A stretch of 58,830 nt of DNA, filler included, from Dugesia japonica (taxonomy: Eukaryota): the NCBI GenBank assembly GCA_001938525.1. It is 5 parts of 5 records of this genome, joined end to end, with 100 filler letters (N's around TTAATTAATTAA, not from the genome) between each part and the next. Parts side by side here need not be neighbours in the genome. Positions count along the whole stretch, not along the records: positions 1 to 10,104 come from MQRL01550265.1; positions 10,205 to 27,971 come from MQRL01595632.1; 3 more parts are not named here. One strand, written 5' to 3'. Below are positions 1 through 13,950 of this stretch, piece by piece. A model generated the notes under the pieces. The model ran no database searches. It was not told the DNA's origin and worked only from the letters and a program-made list of their open reading frames with translations. Each line of letters begins with the position of its first letter. The stretch's first letter is position 1. The translations under genes and the position numbers were made by a program.

Positions 1-1529
1 TAGTTTATTTTGAATAGTTGAGAAATTAAATATTTTAGTTTGGCTTTAATGGATAAAGGTTATTCATAATAAATAATTTAATAACTAAACATTAGATAAT
101 TAAATAATAAATTAACAATTTTAATTTTGTTTTAATGAATAAAATAAATTTTAAAAAAATTATTTGTTGATTGGTATAAATATCAACATAATTATTTAGA
201 TTTCACACAAATAAGAATTTATTTTTAGAATTGAGAAATTAATCGAATAGGAATTTTTGAAGGAATCATTATTGATTAGGGATTATTGATATTAAAATAA
301 TAAGTTAGTTGATTATTATTTTTTATTATTGTTATTAAAATAATAATTTGGTTTAATTATTGATTTCTATTATTGACCTTTAAACAATAATTTGGTTTTA
401 TTACTAATTTCTATTATTGAAATTGAAGTCTGTTAAAGACTTGATTATAATTTATTCAAATAAATTGANNNNNNNNNNNNNNNNNNNNNNNNNNNNNNNN
501 NNNNNNNNNNNNNNNNNNNNNNNNNNNNNNNNNNNNNNNNNNNNNNNNNNNNNNNNNNNAGACTAGATACATATTAAATTAATTTTAAATTGTTAAACTA
601 TTGTAAGTCTAGCCAAATTAATTTAATAGAACGATATTAATTTTAAAATTTAGTTACTGACTAGAAAAGTACAAAATTAGTTAAAATATTATTTAAAGGA
701 TACTGAAAGCAGATATCTTATACTACCTAAAATTTGGATTCTCCTAATATTCTATTTATTCAATTCTTTGTAAAATTATTAATAGTTAAATAAAATTTTA
801 AATCAAAAGTGTTATTTAATTGATCTATCTTTANNNNNNNNNNNNNNNNNNATAATAAATAAAGAAATAACCTACACGCCTATTAATTTAATTTATCTTT
901 GGAGTCAATTAATTTCTTGTTAGGCACCTACACCCACTAGAATCTAACAAATATATTTTTGAATACTATTGATCTAAAGTTTGAAAATAATATGGAATAA
1001 GATTTTAAAAACCAAAAATTTTGACAATTTAATTTTCAGTCTCAACGATAATATGGAATGTCTTAAATTAAAAATTTTGAACTTTAAATTATCACTGGCT
1101 AATAAAATTATTGACATATTAATTAAAAATAAGATTTTAAAAACAAAAAATTTTGACAATTTAATTTTCAGTATCAACGATTCAGATATTATATATATCA
1201 ATAGATTTTTAAAAAAATTCAAAACTATTAAAAACAGTATAAACTCCAAAAAAGCTAATAAAATAGAATATAATGAAGTTACATCATCTGGAAAAGAAAG
1301 AAATAAGTCAACCAAATAATAATTATAATGAAGCTGTAATGACCTTTTGAATAAAAACTTAATTAAAAAATCTATTTCTGAAATAATATTGAAGATAACA
1401 GGCAGCCAAATATTATTAATTCATAAGATAAAATTCAAAAGGCTTTTTTGAATAAAAAAATTAATGAAAGAATGAAAATGAATGAAAAAAAAATTAATGA
1501 ATGCTGAATTAAGAAATCTGGAAATTTCC

Positions 1530-1900
1530 AGTTTCTTCAAAGCAAGGCCAAATTTCTGGAGCGAATAATTCATAGAGGTTATCAGAACAGACTCTTTCAA
1601 AGTTTGATTATTTAATACATTTAAAACATTTGAAAAACTTGAATGCGCCTTGTAGTCACGAAGTGGTTTTTAAAATTAGCAAATACTACCGAAATTTCAT
1701 AGAAACCTATGCAAGGAAATACAGGATCTTCGAAACAGTTATGTAGCAGACTGAGCAATAAGATATTAGAATGAACAGCTGAAGTGTACGACATATTAGA
1801 GTGTTTAAAGACAACTCTTCTGATTGCTCCCATGTGTCTTACTTACATAAACAGAGAGCTTATATTAGATATTGACGCCAATTTTGATATAATTGGGACA
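1530..1900 (+). pseudogene. Ty3/Gypsy pol relic (RT thumb / RT-RNase H linker)
   Basis: Broken frames read KYYRNFIETYARK and LKTTLLIAPMC...LILDIDANFDIIG, matching the Gypsy YYRRFI..YA and LK.AL..APIL...F.LDTDAS motifs; multiple stops. Confidence 0.65.
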
Positions 1901-1909
1901 ATTTTTATA

Positions 1910-2118
1910 AACTTTTTCTGGAACTGTCATAGGAAGAATTTCATTTTCATGCTGATTAATCGTATATAATCGATAGCACATTCCAGGACCTGTTCTTCCT
2001 GCTCGACCAGCTCTTGGATTAGCGCTAGCTTGACTGATTGAATATACTTGAAGAGAATCCATTCCAACTCGAGAATTATATACTATCATTTTACAATAAC
2101 CATTGTCGATAACATACT
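1910..2118 (-). pseudogene. DHX38: Fragment of spliceosomal DEAH-box helicase, PRP16/DHX38-like
   Basis: YVIDNGYCKMIVYNSRVGMDSLQVYSISQASANPRAGRAGRTGPGMCYRLYT...PMTVPE spans motifs V-VI; the Gln of QRxGRAGR is replaced by Pro; no neighbouring exons seen. Confidence 0.75.
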
Positions 2119-2265
2119 TTTTTCAGTAGTTCCTTTTACAACACATTTGTATGATCCTAGATTCTCGATTTTCTAATTGTCAAATAGGATTGTATCTTCA
2201 TTGCTTTATAATTGGCCATTTTTGTACCATGTATATTTAACATTGTTCAATTCTGGAACAACTTG

Positions 2266-2535
2266 ACATTTATAATTACAATTATTGTGAGAATAATTGT
2301 TGGACTTAACCATTGATCGGATTTGAGATTTCATTAAAANNNNNNNNNNNNNNNNNNNNNNNNNNNNNNNNNNNNNNNNNNNNNNNNNNGCTTCGATCAA
2401 AACAAAACAAAATTTATTTGTAAAAAAAGTTCAAATTTTCGACAATAGTCTTCTTCCTATTGTAAAAATTTGAACTTTTTTTACAAATAAATTTTGTTTT
2501 CTTTTGATCGAAGCCTTATATTATTTTAATGAAAA
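2266..2535. repeat. Foldback (palindromic) dispersed repeat, longest copy in window
   Basis: gcttcgatcaaaacaaaacaaaatttatttgtaaaaaaagttcaaatttt pairs with its near-perfect reverse complement at ~2465-2514; the left arm matches 19100-19174 in reverse. Confidence 0.8.
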
Positions 2536-3597
2536 CTTGACATTTCATTGAGAATCTTTCACCGATAACAAATCTTTGTGGAGTTGAAACGATTGAGATT
2601 TTATAAGAAGTATTTCTTTTCTTATTTACGATATTTCTATCACTTTTATTAAAATTTTAAAACAATAGATAAAATTGATTTTAAAGAAATTACTTCATCT
2701 GAAATTTCTAAGATTCAAGATAACAGCCAACCAAATATTAATAATTCTAAAAATGAGACTCAAAAGAATTTTTTGAATAAAAATTTAATTAAAAAATTAA
2801 TTTCGGGAAATATCAATTTAAATATTGATAAAATGGCTAATAATACTCTTGTTTGTATTGACAATAAAATGTCACAAATTCTAATGAAAAAAAGTTTCGC
2901 ACAACGAAGGGTAGCGAAAATAAAACAGAGACGCTCGAACAAACCAGCTAAGCTGGTTTGTTCGCATCNNNNNNNNNNTCTAAAATCTCTCAAAAACATA
3001 TGCCTCAAATTTCTAATTAGGACTTTCTATTCTATGACTTAATATCTCCCAAAAATATTAGCTACTTCTACAAATTAAAAATGATCTCAAGAAGTCCCTC
3101 CTCTGCAGCTACCTTGATAACAATACTTTTGAAAAATTCCTCTACGAATATATTTTTACTAAAATTTTATCAATAGCAGAAGAAAAAATCTCGCATTTTT
3201 CGCCCCTCCTAACGAATGTTGCTTGCTCTCTTAATATGAACCCCTTAAACTTCATCAAGTATCAAAATTAGTATCGACTCAAACCTGGGAGATCACTATT
3301 CTTGATCACTTATTGGATATAAACCACCTTCTTGATTTTGGTAAATTTGATAGTGCTAGACCCTCATTTGTTCGAAGGGTGGCCTCTAAAATTAAATCGA
3401 ATGACTTCAAGACCGCATCATCCGAAATCGAAATCAAATCCAAAATTTTTAAACTCGCAGTAGAATAAAAGCAAATATACTCTCAATAAAGGTAATCTAA
3501 TTACTGAAAAATACAATATTAAAACATTATTGAGAGAATCCAAAGATGCTCAAATGACCTTGCATCTTTCGCCAAACTTCAACTTGACTCAGTCAAC

Positions 3598-5200
3598 TTG
3601 AATATCAATAAGCATGCTTCGATGTCAGAGAAAGCTGAAATTAATGGACAATTTTTCACTTTCCTTAATCAGCTGGAAAGTATTGAAAGACTCAAGAATA
3701 TGTCAAAAGATAACATCAACTTTATTAGAGACCAATGTCTTTTATACTCAATATACATAAGGAAAAAGGCTATTAGAAAAATTATCATTGGCACTAGAGA
3801 TGGGGACCAATCCGTCGATGAAGAGTCTGATAATCCTTCCTCAGTAGAATCTACAAAAAACAACAACCGATTCCAACTACTAAACGAAATAACGTACATT
3901 GACGATGCTCAAATTTCGTCAGATTGTATGGATCTAGACATCGCAAAATCTCTACACCAAACTTCACCAGCNNNNNNNNNNNNNNNNNNNNNNNNNNNNN
4001 NNNNNNNNNNNNNNNNNCTCATAACTCCATAAATGAGATTGGTAATCAATCTATCTTTAACCTGTCCACTGAAAGCGTTACTGAAATAAAAAATTCCCTA
4101 CTCAAATGACATTAAAAATCTCAAAAACACTCATCTCAAGAACAATAAAAACAGACTTCATCCTGCTTAAGTTATACTCAAGATGACTGTCTCTATGATG
4201 GTCTTTTCAGGTCTGTAATCAAGAACCTTAGCTCTCCGAAACATCTTGAAAGTAGCGGTAGTGATATCTTCTCTGATTCTAACTCCAGTGACCTATCAAT
4301 TCTGGATCAAAACACTCCTATCAAGACCGACAAACTTAAACAGCTCAAACTTTTACTGGTGACTAATATGAAACAATCTGCTGTCATAGCAAACCTTGAA
4401 GATCATCCTGATCCTAAGAAAATCAGCAGACAATATCCAGATCAAGACTTTCTAGAGAAAAACCTAGCTATTACTGATGCTCTTCAAAAAATCATGTTCA
4501 TTGACGAAACTAATCATACTAAATAACTTACTGAAACAGGTCCAAAACATACGGAAAAATTAACTCCAATAAAAGTCAAGAAGCCCACTACACATGATGT
4601 CAAAGCTTTTAAGTCAATCTACCCTCACAACTTCATTGCCTATCACTTCAATGTGGAAAACAACATAAGTTCACTCACTCGGCTTCTTGTGGAATTGGTA
4701 AGAAAAAATCATATGTGATGAATAGCAAATATCTCTTTGATCAATACTCTATTGATCATAAAATAAAAGAAGACTTCATTATACAATATGATCTTTGTCC
4801 CATTGCTAATGGTCATAAGAAAAACCTCTACTTTTCTGACCTTAAATCTCATGTTTCCTTTCCCAGCTCCACACTTTCTAAATTGCAAATCAGGAATGAC
4901 AACGTCAAAAGAAGAGCATTTAATGGATCGGACAAGAACAGTCACTTTCTTTTTGAAATAGACTGCGTGGCTAACCATGCAACCTGCAAATTTTCCTCTA
5001 AAAAAGTTGTGGAACTAAGTTTGACAACTTAGAAAATCTTACTAAATTAAGAAATCACCTCAATATACACCAGCAAAATGAAATTGCAAAAACTGAAACT
5101 GTCATTCTCTGCAAATTTGGAAGTAGCGCAAACTTTGATAATTTCAGGATACACATAAAATCTTGAACCACCTGTGAAAAATCTATCTAACACCGCTGAC
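3598..5200 (+). pseudogene. Decayed long coding region of unknown, probably mobile, origin
   Basis: Coding-like composition over >1.5 kb in broken frames; a degenerate C2H2-like segment (CGTKFDNLENLTKLRNHLNIH) near 5005-5070. Family not recognised. Confidence 0.3.
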
Positions 5201-5967
5201 TAAGCATCATTTCATTGAGGCTTATCTCAAAANNNNNNNNNNNNNNNNNNNCTCTCTTTTTATCGATCCCTACGTCAGTATTGCCCTTATGCATAACTGG
5301 GACGAATATTACGGCAAATTTCCTTTCAACTCAAGGGCTTCTAGCTAGTTCACTATGAGTTTCTGACCTCACCAACAAATTTCTGAAAAATATAAACATT
5401 TCTGAGAGATTACCTCAGAACTAACTTTAATCCATACAGGCTGAAAATGAACATGCTCTCTCACTCTCGTCAATGTGGGACTCATGAGGAAACTCAGACC
5501 CACATTTTCAATCATTGCCCAACAATAAAAAATCAAAAGTATAGTAAGCACAATAGAATCATGGAAAAGCTACTTCTATCTTCAAAATATTTTACAAAAT
5601 TACTATTTAACTAGTTTTTTTATTTGGATTTTTATTCGATTTAGAAATTTTAAAAATTAACAAAAAAGATGTTGAATTTTAATAATTTCTAGTATTTGAA
5701 TAATTTAATTTTATATTTAAAATTTCTTTGGTTCAGTCAGAGTAAAAGCTGGAACCGTTGGATTATATTATTTTTGAATATTTGTTTAAATTATTTAACA
5801 GTTTTCGCTGCTAAGAGATTTACGCAGAGGTACAACTTTATATTAAAGTAAAATTAGCGATTCACAAAAATTAACATAATGTGCTCTCATAAATAGATCG
5901 GTGAGTCGATATTGCTTAAGGCAGTAAGTAAAGCAGTATCTTTAAAGTAAAATCATATATCAACGTT

Positions 5968-6603
5968 TGCTCAGTGTGGACCAAAATCTAAACCCGAATG
6001 TTCGTTTTATATTTGGATATAGTGCAGATTTTTTTATACCCAATAAAACTTCCAATAAAAAGTTTACGTGTTTTGTTCATTAATTANNNNNNNNNNNNNN
6101 NNNNNNNNNNNNNNNNNNNNNNNNNNNNNNNNNNNNNNNNNNNTGAGTAATCCTTGTTAGATATGTTCGCACAGGTTAATCTAACAGTTACATTACATAC
6201 ATACGTTTAAGGTTTTATAAAAATAATCAATGTATTTTTTATTTATATAATAGTTTAAGCATAGTTATACATATACCCATGCCCACTAGATGTCTTGCGT
6301 CACAGTATTATTCAATCAATCAAAACTTTGTGGAAATTAACAGAAAACGATGCAAATATGAACACACATGAAAAGCACACAACTATGAAAAACCTTTAGT
6401 TTATATGGAATGTGATAGAAAAGATTAAAATGGGACATCGAGCATAAAAGTAATGGCAAATGAAATTGCACACCCCATCAATTGAAACCCCAACGACATA
6501 AATCAATCAAATGTGCAAATTACATCAATTGCATGACAAATTTTCGATTACATAACCAATTAAGTAATAATTTCGGGTTTATATGTTTCGATCCCACTGT
6601 GCA
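5968..6603. mobile_element. Non-autonomous TIR element (Tc1-like MITE)
   Basis: Left cagtgtggaccaaaatctaaacccgaa versus reverse complement of right end cagtgggatcgaaacatataaacccgaa; no ORF inside. Confidence 0.6.
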
Positions 6604-6659
6604 CAATTTAAATAAAACCAACATAAAATCGGTAAATAAACTTTCTCATAATTAATATG

Positions 6660-7200
6660 TTGAAGATGGAAGTTGATAAGATGCATATTCACATTGAATG
6701 ATATTCAAAGCAAAACAGTCGATGAAGCTATCGAAACCAATGTCGTAGAAGAAAAATAGATGAAAGTTCATATTGTAAGTGATTAGGGGCGTTTAAAAGT
6801 GACTACATTGATTTGGAAGAAAAGCATCAAGCTGGGCGGCCACTTGATGAACTCATACCATTTCGGAGAGTTATTGAACGAAGATTCAAATTCAACAAGT
6901 GCAGAACTGACGAGAATCAGAACATCAGTTAGTAGAAATTTTGAAATGGTTCCTTTTTGAATTAGGCCATGGCCACTTGACTCACCATTTGAAATTTGCT
7001 GCTCAAGACACAAAAGCAAATCATTTTGTATAGAATAGTGATCAGAAACAAAAAATGGATATATTGTAATCTCAATTGCAATGGGTCTTGAAAAAATTCA
7101 GGAGAACCAACTACATCATAGCTGAAACGATGTAATCATGGTTACAAGGTCCTTCTGTCTATCCGGTACGACATACAAGAACAAATGTCATATGACGGCG
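6660..7200 (+). pseudogene. Mariner transposase relic
   Basis: Across frameshifts: SRHKSKSF-LYRIVIRNKKWIYCN...SGEPTTS...HGYKVLLSIRYD, a decayed version of the Mos1-type SFLHRIVTGDEKWI...GKK.MLCVWWD segment. Confidence 0.75.
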
Positions 7201-8099
7201 TTATTTTTTGCAAATGTCTGAACTTAACAGTGATGGAAATTGGCGATTGGATTTTGTTAAAATTATTAATTAGCAATATTTCAGTCTTTTAAATTTAAAA
7301 ATTCGTTTTGGAGACGAAAATTATGGATTATTTGATTTCCTAGAAGAATATCAAATAAAGAAATCGACTCATTCTCAACAATTGCGANNNNNNNNNNNNN
7401 NNNNNNNNNNNNNNNNNNNNNNNNNNNNNNNNNNNNNNNNNNNNNNNNNNNNNNNNNNNNNNNNNNNNNNNNNNNNNNNNNNNNNNNNNNNNNNNNNNNN
7501 NNNNNNNNNNNNNNNNNNNNNNNNNNNNNNNNNNNNNNNNNNNNNNNNNNNNNNNNNNNNNNNNNNNNNNNNNNNNNNNNNATCTGGGAAACCTTAGAGG
7601 AATTATAAAGATAAGTTCTACCACACCCAGCATATTTTTCACATATTGTCACTTCATATTTTTACTTATTTCTTTCAATTCAACACGATTTCTCAGTGTT
7701 GAATAAGTGCAGAAATTCACTGATAACTTCCTTTAATTTAAAAGGAGACTTATTTTAAACAGGGTTTCCATTTCTAGTCTGAAAGATGGTAAAATTTTAT
7801 AATGTATGTTGGAATAAATTGGATTGAATTTATTGATATTCAACGGAAACTTTTGCATACTTCTAATATTATATTGATTTATCTTTATCACAGTTAATAT
7901 TTATTATATATTATTATTATTATTACTGTTATTTTTATTATCATTGTTATGAATATATTAAGAATACTGTTAAATCAAATTTATTGATAAAATAAATTTA
8001 CAAAGTTTGTTTTTACATCCTTCCTAAACAAGTGTCAAGTGCACCTGGGTGCCCCCGTTCTACTATTAATTACAGGACCATTTTGAAAAATTTCGAATA

Positions 8100-8500
8100 T
8101 ACAATAGGATTTCTTTAAGTTTAAATTAAAAATTTTAAAAGACTTTGGAAGAAGCATCACTATACAGGATTTTCTAATCATTCATAAAAGTATAAATTGT
8201 ACACCAGTGGAAATAATATTTGGCTAAAGAATAATGAAAAATTTAATAATATTGCTATAATAAGGATATAACAATGTATATAAAAAAAGATTTAAGAAAC
8301 GAAAAAATAAAAAATTATCAATACTAAGATAAGAATTTTATAACACTAATTATTTAAGATTGGTATTTGTGTTGATTAAAATGGATGTCAAAAAAACAGA
8401 TAATAGATTTAATGGTCCATTTATAGTTATTAAGAAATAATAGAGTTCATTGACGAAAATGAAGCTAAAGATGTAAGTCACGTAAAATGGCTAAAGAGGA
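8100..8500 (+). pseudogene. Gypsy integrase C-terminal relic
   Basis: HKSINCTPVEIIFG and KKTDNRFNGPFIVIK (GPF/Y motif) in broken frames. Confidence 0.5.
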
Positions 8501-10148
8501 ATATTATAAATTAATAATTAAATATCCCGGATTTCATACATAATGAGGAAGATTTTTATGGATGTTTAAAATTTTAAGTTAAAATTATGTGCGGTAGATT
8601 TGAATTTAGTGTGGATAATAAAACGAAATAGTTGATTTAAAAAGTGAGTTGGAAATTTTGGATATACTAGTTAAACAATTCATATGTATACCGTTGGAAT
8701 TATTAATCATGTATTCTTAATATCGATATACATCTCGTTATAGGATAATTTAAGTTAATCAATTTTGTAAATAATTTTAAATAAATCTTGGAAAAAAACT
8801 ATTTGAATTTGTTATGCCAATTCATGATGAAAATATTATGTATGTCTCACGTATAATATCAATAAACTTATGATATGTAGAAAACGAAAGTAAATAATTG
8901 AGTAATATATTAATTGAAACGTATATGTTTGTATTTGTAAATGTTTATTAAATTGATGTCGGTTGATTGATTATGTCCTCCATTACGAAATCACTGAAAA
9001 TTAACTCAACATAAAAGAGAAAGCTTATGTTCATAAATATAATTTTTAGTATCACTATTTTGTCTTCCAAAGTATACACTAATGAAACTAAGAAATATGT
9101 AAACTTTATGCAAATTGATAAATTTCATAAGTATATACTAAATTCATTTACTTTCATTTACATTTACTTTGTTATATTGGTAGTTGCATATTGAACATAA
9201 AATATTTTTCTACAGACGTATTACTTTTCCAAGCGTTACATTACTAAAGAAATGACTAACAAATTTATTATAAAAAAGGATTCAAAAATTGCAAATGTTA
9301 ATAAACAGAAAAGAAATTAGATTTTAAATGTAAAGGAGATAAAATATTTCTATGAACATGCGAATACGTTTTATGTGGAACAACCACAAGACTAAGACCG
9401 AAATTGTTGAAACATTGAAAATGTTGGAATACATTTGAAATAGGGGGTGTGAAAAAGTTTAGTTTTTTTATTGATTATATTATTTTTGATTTTTAAAAAA
9501 TTTAGAAAATATTTTGTAAATCTAAATGTTTGTTTAAATTTTTTTAAATACTGTTTTAAATTAATTTGATTAATTATTAATTTTTGGATAAGATAAATTT
9601 TTGAATCTTGATTTTCATAAATTTAAAATAATTTGTTTAAACTATTTTTAATGGATGTAAATTTGCAAAAGATGTAAAAAAGATGTAATTTGAAAGTTTC
9701 GACAATAAAACATTCAAAAATGTAAATTAGAATATTTAGGGAAATTTTATCAAGAGTGAATTTTTCTTAGCAGTGTATGGAATCAATTACTGTAATGAGT
9801 AATTCAAAAGCTATAACAAATCCATGTAGAATCTAAAGGCTTACCATATATCAAAAACTTATAACGAACATTATGATGATTAAAAAAATTATCGTGCATC
9901 TAATTAAATAAGATTACTATAAATTAAATTATTGTTTAGAAATAATAACTTTATGAAATTACAATACATAAAACATATGTATTGATGTAAAGGAACTACA
10001 AAATGTACATTAATAAATAATATGAAATCTCAAGGCATCCAAAAATAAGACTGAAGCCAATGATGCGATTGAAAATCGAATGTCAAGACAAAAATGAATA
10101 TGAANNNNNNNNNNNNNNNNNNNNNNNNNNNNNNNNNNNNNNNNNNNN

Positions 10149-10160
10149 TTAATTAATTAA
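10149..10160. other. Artificial contig linker TTAATTAATTAA
   Basis: Six-frame-stop 12-mer flanked by ~44 N each side; identical at four sites. Confidence 0.95.
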
Positions 10161-10204
10161 NNNNNNNNNNNNNNNNNNNNNNNNNNNNNNNNNNNNNNNN
10201 NNNN

Positions 10205-11327
10205 TTTATTCAACCTCACCGAATAAATTGTGGACAAAAACCACTTAAAACCAATAAAAAATTGACCTCATTCGACCTACCGAATAAATTCTCAACTAAA
10301 AAGCCTCAAAAATATTGCTGCCTAAAAAGCCTGAAAAATTTTCCCAAATAAATAAACAGGAAAAAAGTAACACCACTTATGTAATAATTCTCGCGAGAAG
10401 ATTAATTACATTATTTAACGCACACAAATGTGTGCCGCCGCCTATTTACATTAGAAAAATTTAAAAACAGTTATGTGTTAATCCGATTACGTATAGGGTT
10501 GGGTGTGCGGGGGGGTCTACTGAATGTGTGTGGTGCTGACCACTACTATCTATCTACTATTACTAATTACGATGCTTCGGATAACGGGTGCGCGATAACT
10601 GGTTGTATCTTGATTTTTTAGTAAATATTGACAAATTTGCAGTCAAAATTTCTTCAGATATAAAGATAAAACTTTTGTGTATTTCTCTAAATTCTGCGGT
10701 CCTTTTATAGGATTTTCTGATGCAACCCGGCATCGTTCTTATTGGATGGTATTTTTATTTCAAAATTTTAGCGTTTTATTTGTGCTAGTGCCATAATTCT
10801 GGAATTTTCATAGAGTATTAGAACTCTGATTGGTGAGTATTTTTAGAGGGCCATGTGATGGTTCTTTCTTTGTTTTATTTTTATTTTTAGGTCTCCTATT
10901 GGTTCAATCTTGTGGAACCTGCAGCAGCCCTCTGGAATATGGTAAATTTTCCTTCTTGATAGATCTTATGACCCTTGTTGTTCTCTTCTTGAATTTTCTT
11001 AACCGGATTCTCTCTGACTTTCCTGAACGGAGTTATTTGCACAAAACAGATTTTGGTTCAATTTTAATTAATTTTCCCGTTTAAATTAATTGTTATTTTT
11101 CGTATTTCTTTCTTCTTCTGTTACTTATTTTCTTTAATAATTTTATTAATTTTGCGATTAGTATAATTAATCGCATTTAATTTGATCTTCAGCGTTTTCG
11201 CTCAATATTATTGTCTGGATTTTCCATACTTGCTTTTCTTACCATGTTCCCTCTCGTAATTTCTATGTTGATATTGGGCTGTTCATGACCACTTGATTTT
11301 CATTCCTCTGGGTGTTTCGCCCCAACA
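10205..11327 (-). mobile_element. Partial, diverged copy of the TG...CA element at 13287-17766
   Basis: Ends in gggtgtttcgccccaaca (reverse complement tgttggggcgaaacaccc, versus tgttggggtgaaacactc at 13287); 10690-11080 aligns in reverse to ~13590-13960. Truncated by the contig end. Confidence 0.75.
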
Positions 11328-12859
11328 TTAATGAAGATTTACAACGTAATAAATAATTATTTTTCATTATTGAAATTAAACTGATTTACAATAACCATTA
11401 CGAAAATTCAAAATGCGATTCTTTGAAACTTTGTTCAAAGCTTACTTTGATTGAATTTTTACAATTTATAATTTTGTATTGTTCAAAAATATTCGAATAT
11501 TTTTTCCAAATATTTGAATATCAAATAGTCAATTAAAACACGAATATATTCGAATATCAAGTATTCGAATAGTCAGTTTGAAATCTTTAAGTCGCATCAA
11601 AAAATGAAATTTTTTTTCATACGCCGAAGGGGGGGGCGAGCGTTAACCCCTAAACTCCCCTTGGGTACGCCCCTGCGTGTAACATTAACTTCAAAAGTAT
11701 ATACCGATAGTATCCACTTCACGATGTTTGTTTTATCGCAGTTTTAAATCAACCAAATAAAATAGATAATAAAAAAAATTTGTAAATTAAAATTTTGTTT
11801 AAAAATTTAAAATCTAATCTTTTACAGAATTTTAGATTTTACAAATAATTATATAATCAATGCTCAAGAATAAAATAAAACATATTACTAACAAAGAAAA
11901 GGCTTCGTGATGATAGTCGAAATCAGAAGCTCGAAATTAAAAGTAATCGGTCGTGCTCATTGAGAAATATGATGACTAACAGTTATAATAATCAAGATTT
12001 TTTTAAATATAAATATAATCAGATGGAAATTATAATTTTGAATATACCATCAAAAAATTGAAAATAGCTTTAACAGTTATTGATTTAGAACAAGGGTTCC
12101 CCGTCTATTTTGACTTGAGTACAAATTTTCTTTCCTCTATAATCCATCGTACCGTCGTAGCTCAATAAATAAGAAAAATCAAGAACAAATTGAAAACGTT
12201 ATTAAATTTCAATGGGAAACTTGTGGCTGCCTTTTACTGTACAACAGTATAATATTTGACATAATTTTTGAAAACTAAAAGCGAATATTCAACCTTCATC
12301 TGTATTTGTTTTTGATAAATCAGTGTGGAGAGCCCACTTTCACACAAAAACAAACGGTATAAAGAAAATTACTGCTTTCTTAAAGAAAGAAGAGGATAGG
12401 TTAAAATTTAAATTAAAAACTTTTTTTTTAAATTTAAAAATTGTTCATCGTAATCACAATCGTGTACCACTTCTTACTTCATCACATACCACCGCGTTGG
12501 AACAGCTGTTTTAAAAAAGTCTTCAAACAAGTAGACAAATAATCAATAATTAATGTATTTTAAAAGTTTTGGAAAATTGTTTAAAAAATACAGTTAAAAT
12601 TTAAAACAATTTCCACTGAAAACAAATTTTGACTTTTAAAATTTAAATTGAAATTATTATTCATTTCCGATTGTTTTTAATGCAAACTTAAATACTTTAT
12701 CTAAATATTAATTCTATTTCATGTCTTCGATTTGTAATTCTATAACACGTAAGTATATAGATATAACGGAACTTAAGCCTTTTTATTTTTCTACCCTTTT
12801 TTTAAAAAATTTTCGATTTTTCATAATTTAGAAAAATCAAAAAAAATATGCCATTTTAC

Positions 12860-13286
12860 AAATTATGAAAAATGTAAAATTTGAAAATTTGCTATTTTCT
12901 ATAAAAAATTCGAAATTTGAAAATGTGCTATTTTCTATGAAAAATTCGAAATTTGAAAATTTACCATTTTCGATAAAAAAATTCGAAATTTGTGAAACTC
13001 TGGGAAATNNNNNNNNNNNNNNNNNNNNNNNNNNNNNNNNNNNNNNNNNNNNNNNNNNNNNNNNNNNNNNNNNNNNNNNNNNNNNNNNNNNTATGAAAAA
13101 TGTAAAATCGAAAATATACCATTTTCTATGAAAAATGTAAAATCGAAAATATACCATTTTCTATGAAAAATGTAAAATCGAAAATATACCATTTTCTATG
13201 AAAAATGTAAAATCGAAAATATGAAAAATGTAAAATCGAAAATATGAAAAATGTAAAATCGAAAATATACCATTTTCTATGAAAAA
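12860..13286 (+). repeat. 35-36 bp tandem array, probable subterminal repeat of Polinton A
   Basis: Unit atgaaaaatgtaaaatcgaaaatataccattttct repeated with variants; resumes at 17767. Confidence 0.9.
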
Positions 13287-13935
13287 TGTTGGGGTGAAAC
13301 ACTCATTAACCGGGAATAAGGCCGGAAAACCAAAGCAACGGCAAAGAATAGCAGAACCACTGTCATTATCAATAATGAAATATAAAACATGTAATCATCC
13401 TTAGAAGAAAACGAATTAAAATCCAAGATGAATATGCAGAACAGGGTAACATAGAAGCAATTTACATTTGGAAATTAAGAAAAATTAATTAATTAATAAA
13501 AAACAACAAGGNNNNNNNNNNNNNNNNNNNNNNNNNNNNNNNNNNNNNNNNNNNNNNNNNNATTAATTTTAAAATAAAAAAGAAGCGAAATTAGTGGAAA
13601 ATCTGTTTTATCTAGATAACTTCGCCCAAGGAAGTCAGAAAAAAACCGGATAAGAAAAAATGCAAAGAAAACAACAAGATGCATTAGAATTGCGAAGAAA
13701 GGAAAACTTACCACCTTCCAGAATGTCGTTGTAGGGTTTCCAAGATCCGGCCAATAAGAACCCTAAAAATAAAAATATAACAAAGAACAAAAACTCACCT
13801 GACACTCTAAAAATAACCACCAACAGAATCTCAGAAAAGTCTGCAAAATTCGAGAAAAGTGGTACCAACACCAATAGAATCAGGTTATTTTAAATTAAAA
13901 ATAACCAGCAAATCTGGAACAAGTCTCAGAAATCA

Positions 13936-13950
13936 TATAAAAGGAACCCC
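13936..13950 (+). promoter_or_regulatory. Candidate TATA box of the TG...CA element
   Basis: atataaaaggaaccc; the equivalent ctataaaaggacc is on the minus strand of the second copy at ~10698-10710. Confidence 0.4.

Noticed and set aside
974-1319. Overlapping ~112-aa ORFs on both strands
   Set aside because: Low-complexity AT-rich DNA with an internal ~55-bp duplication; no recognisable domain.
12837-13286. CRISPR-like array or repeat-protein ORFs
   Set aside because: Head-to-tail repeats with no unique spacers and no cas genes; the ORFs are by-products of the repeat.
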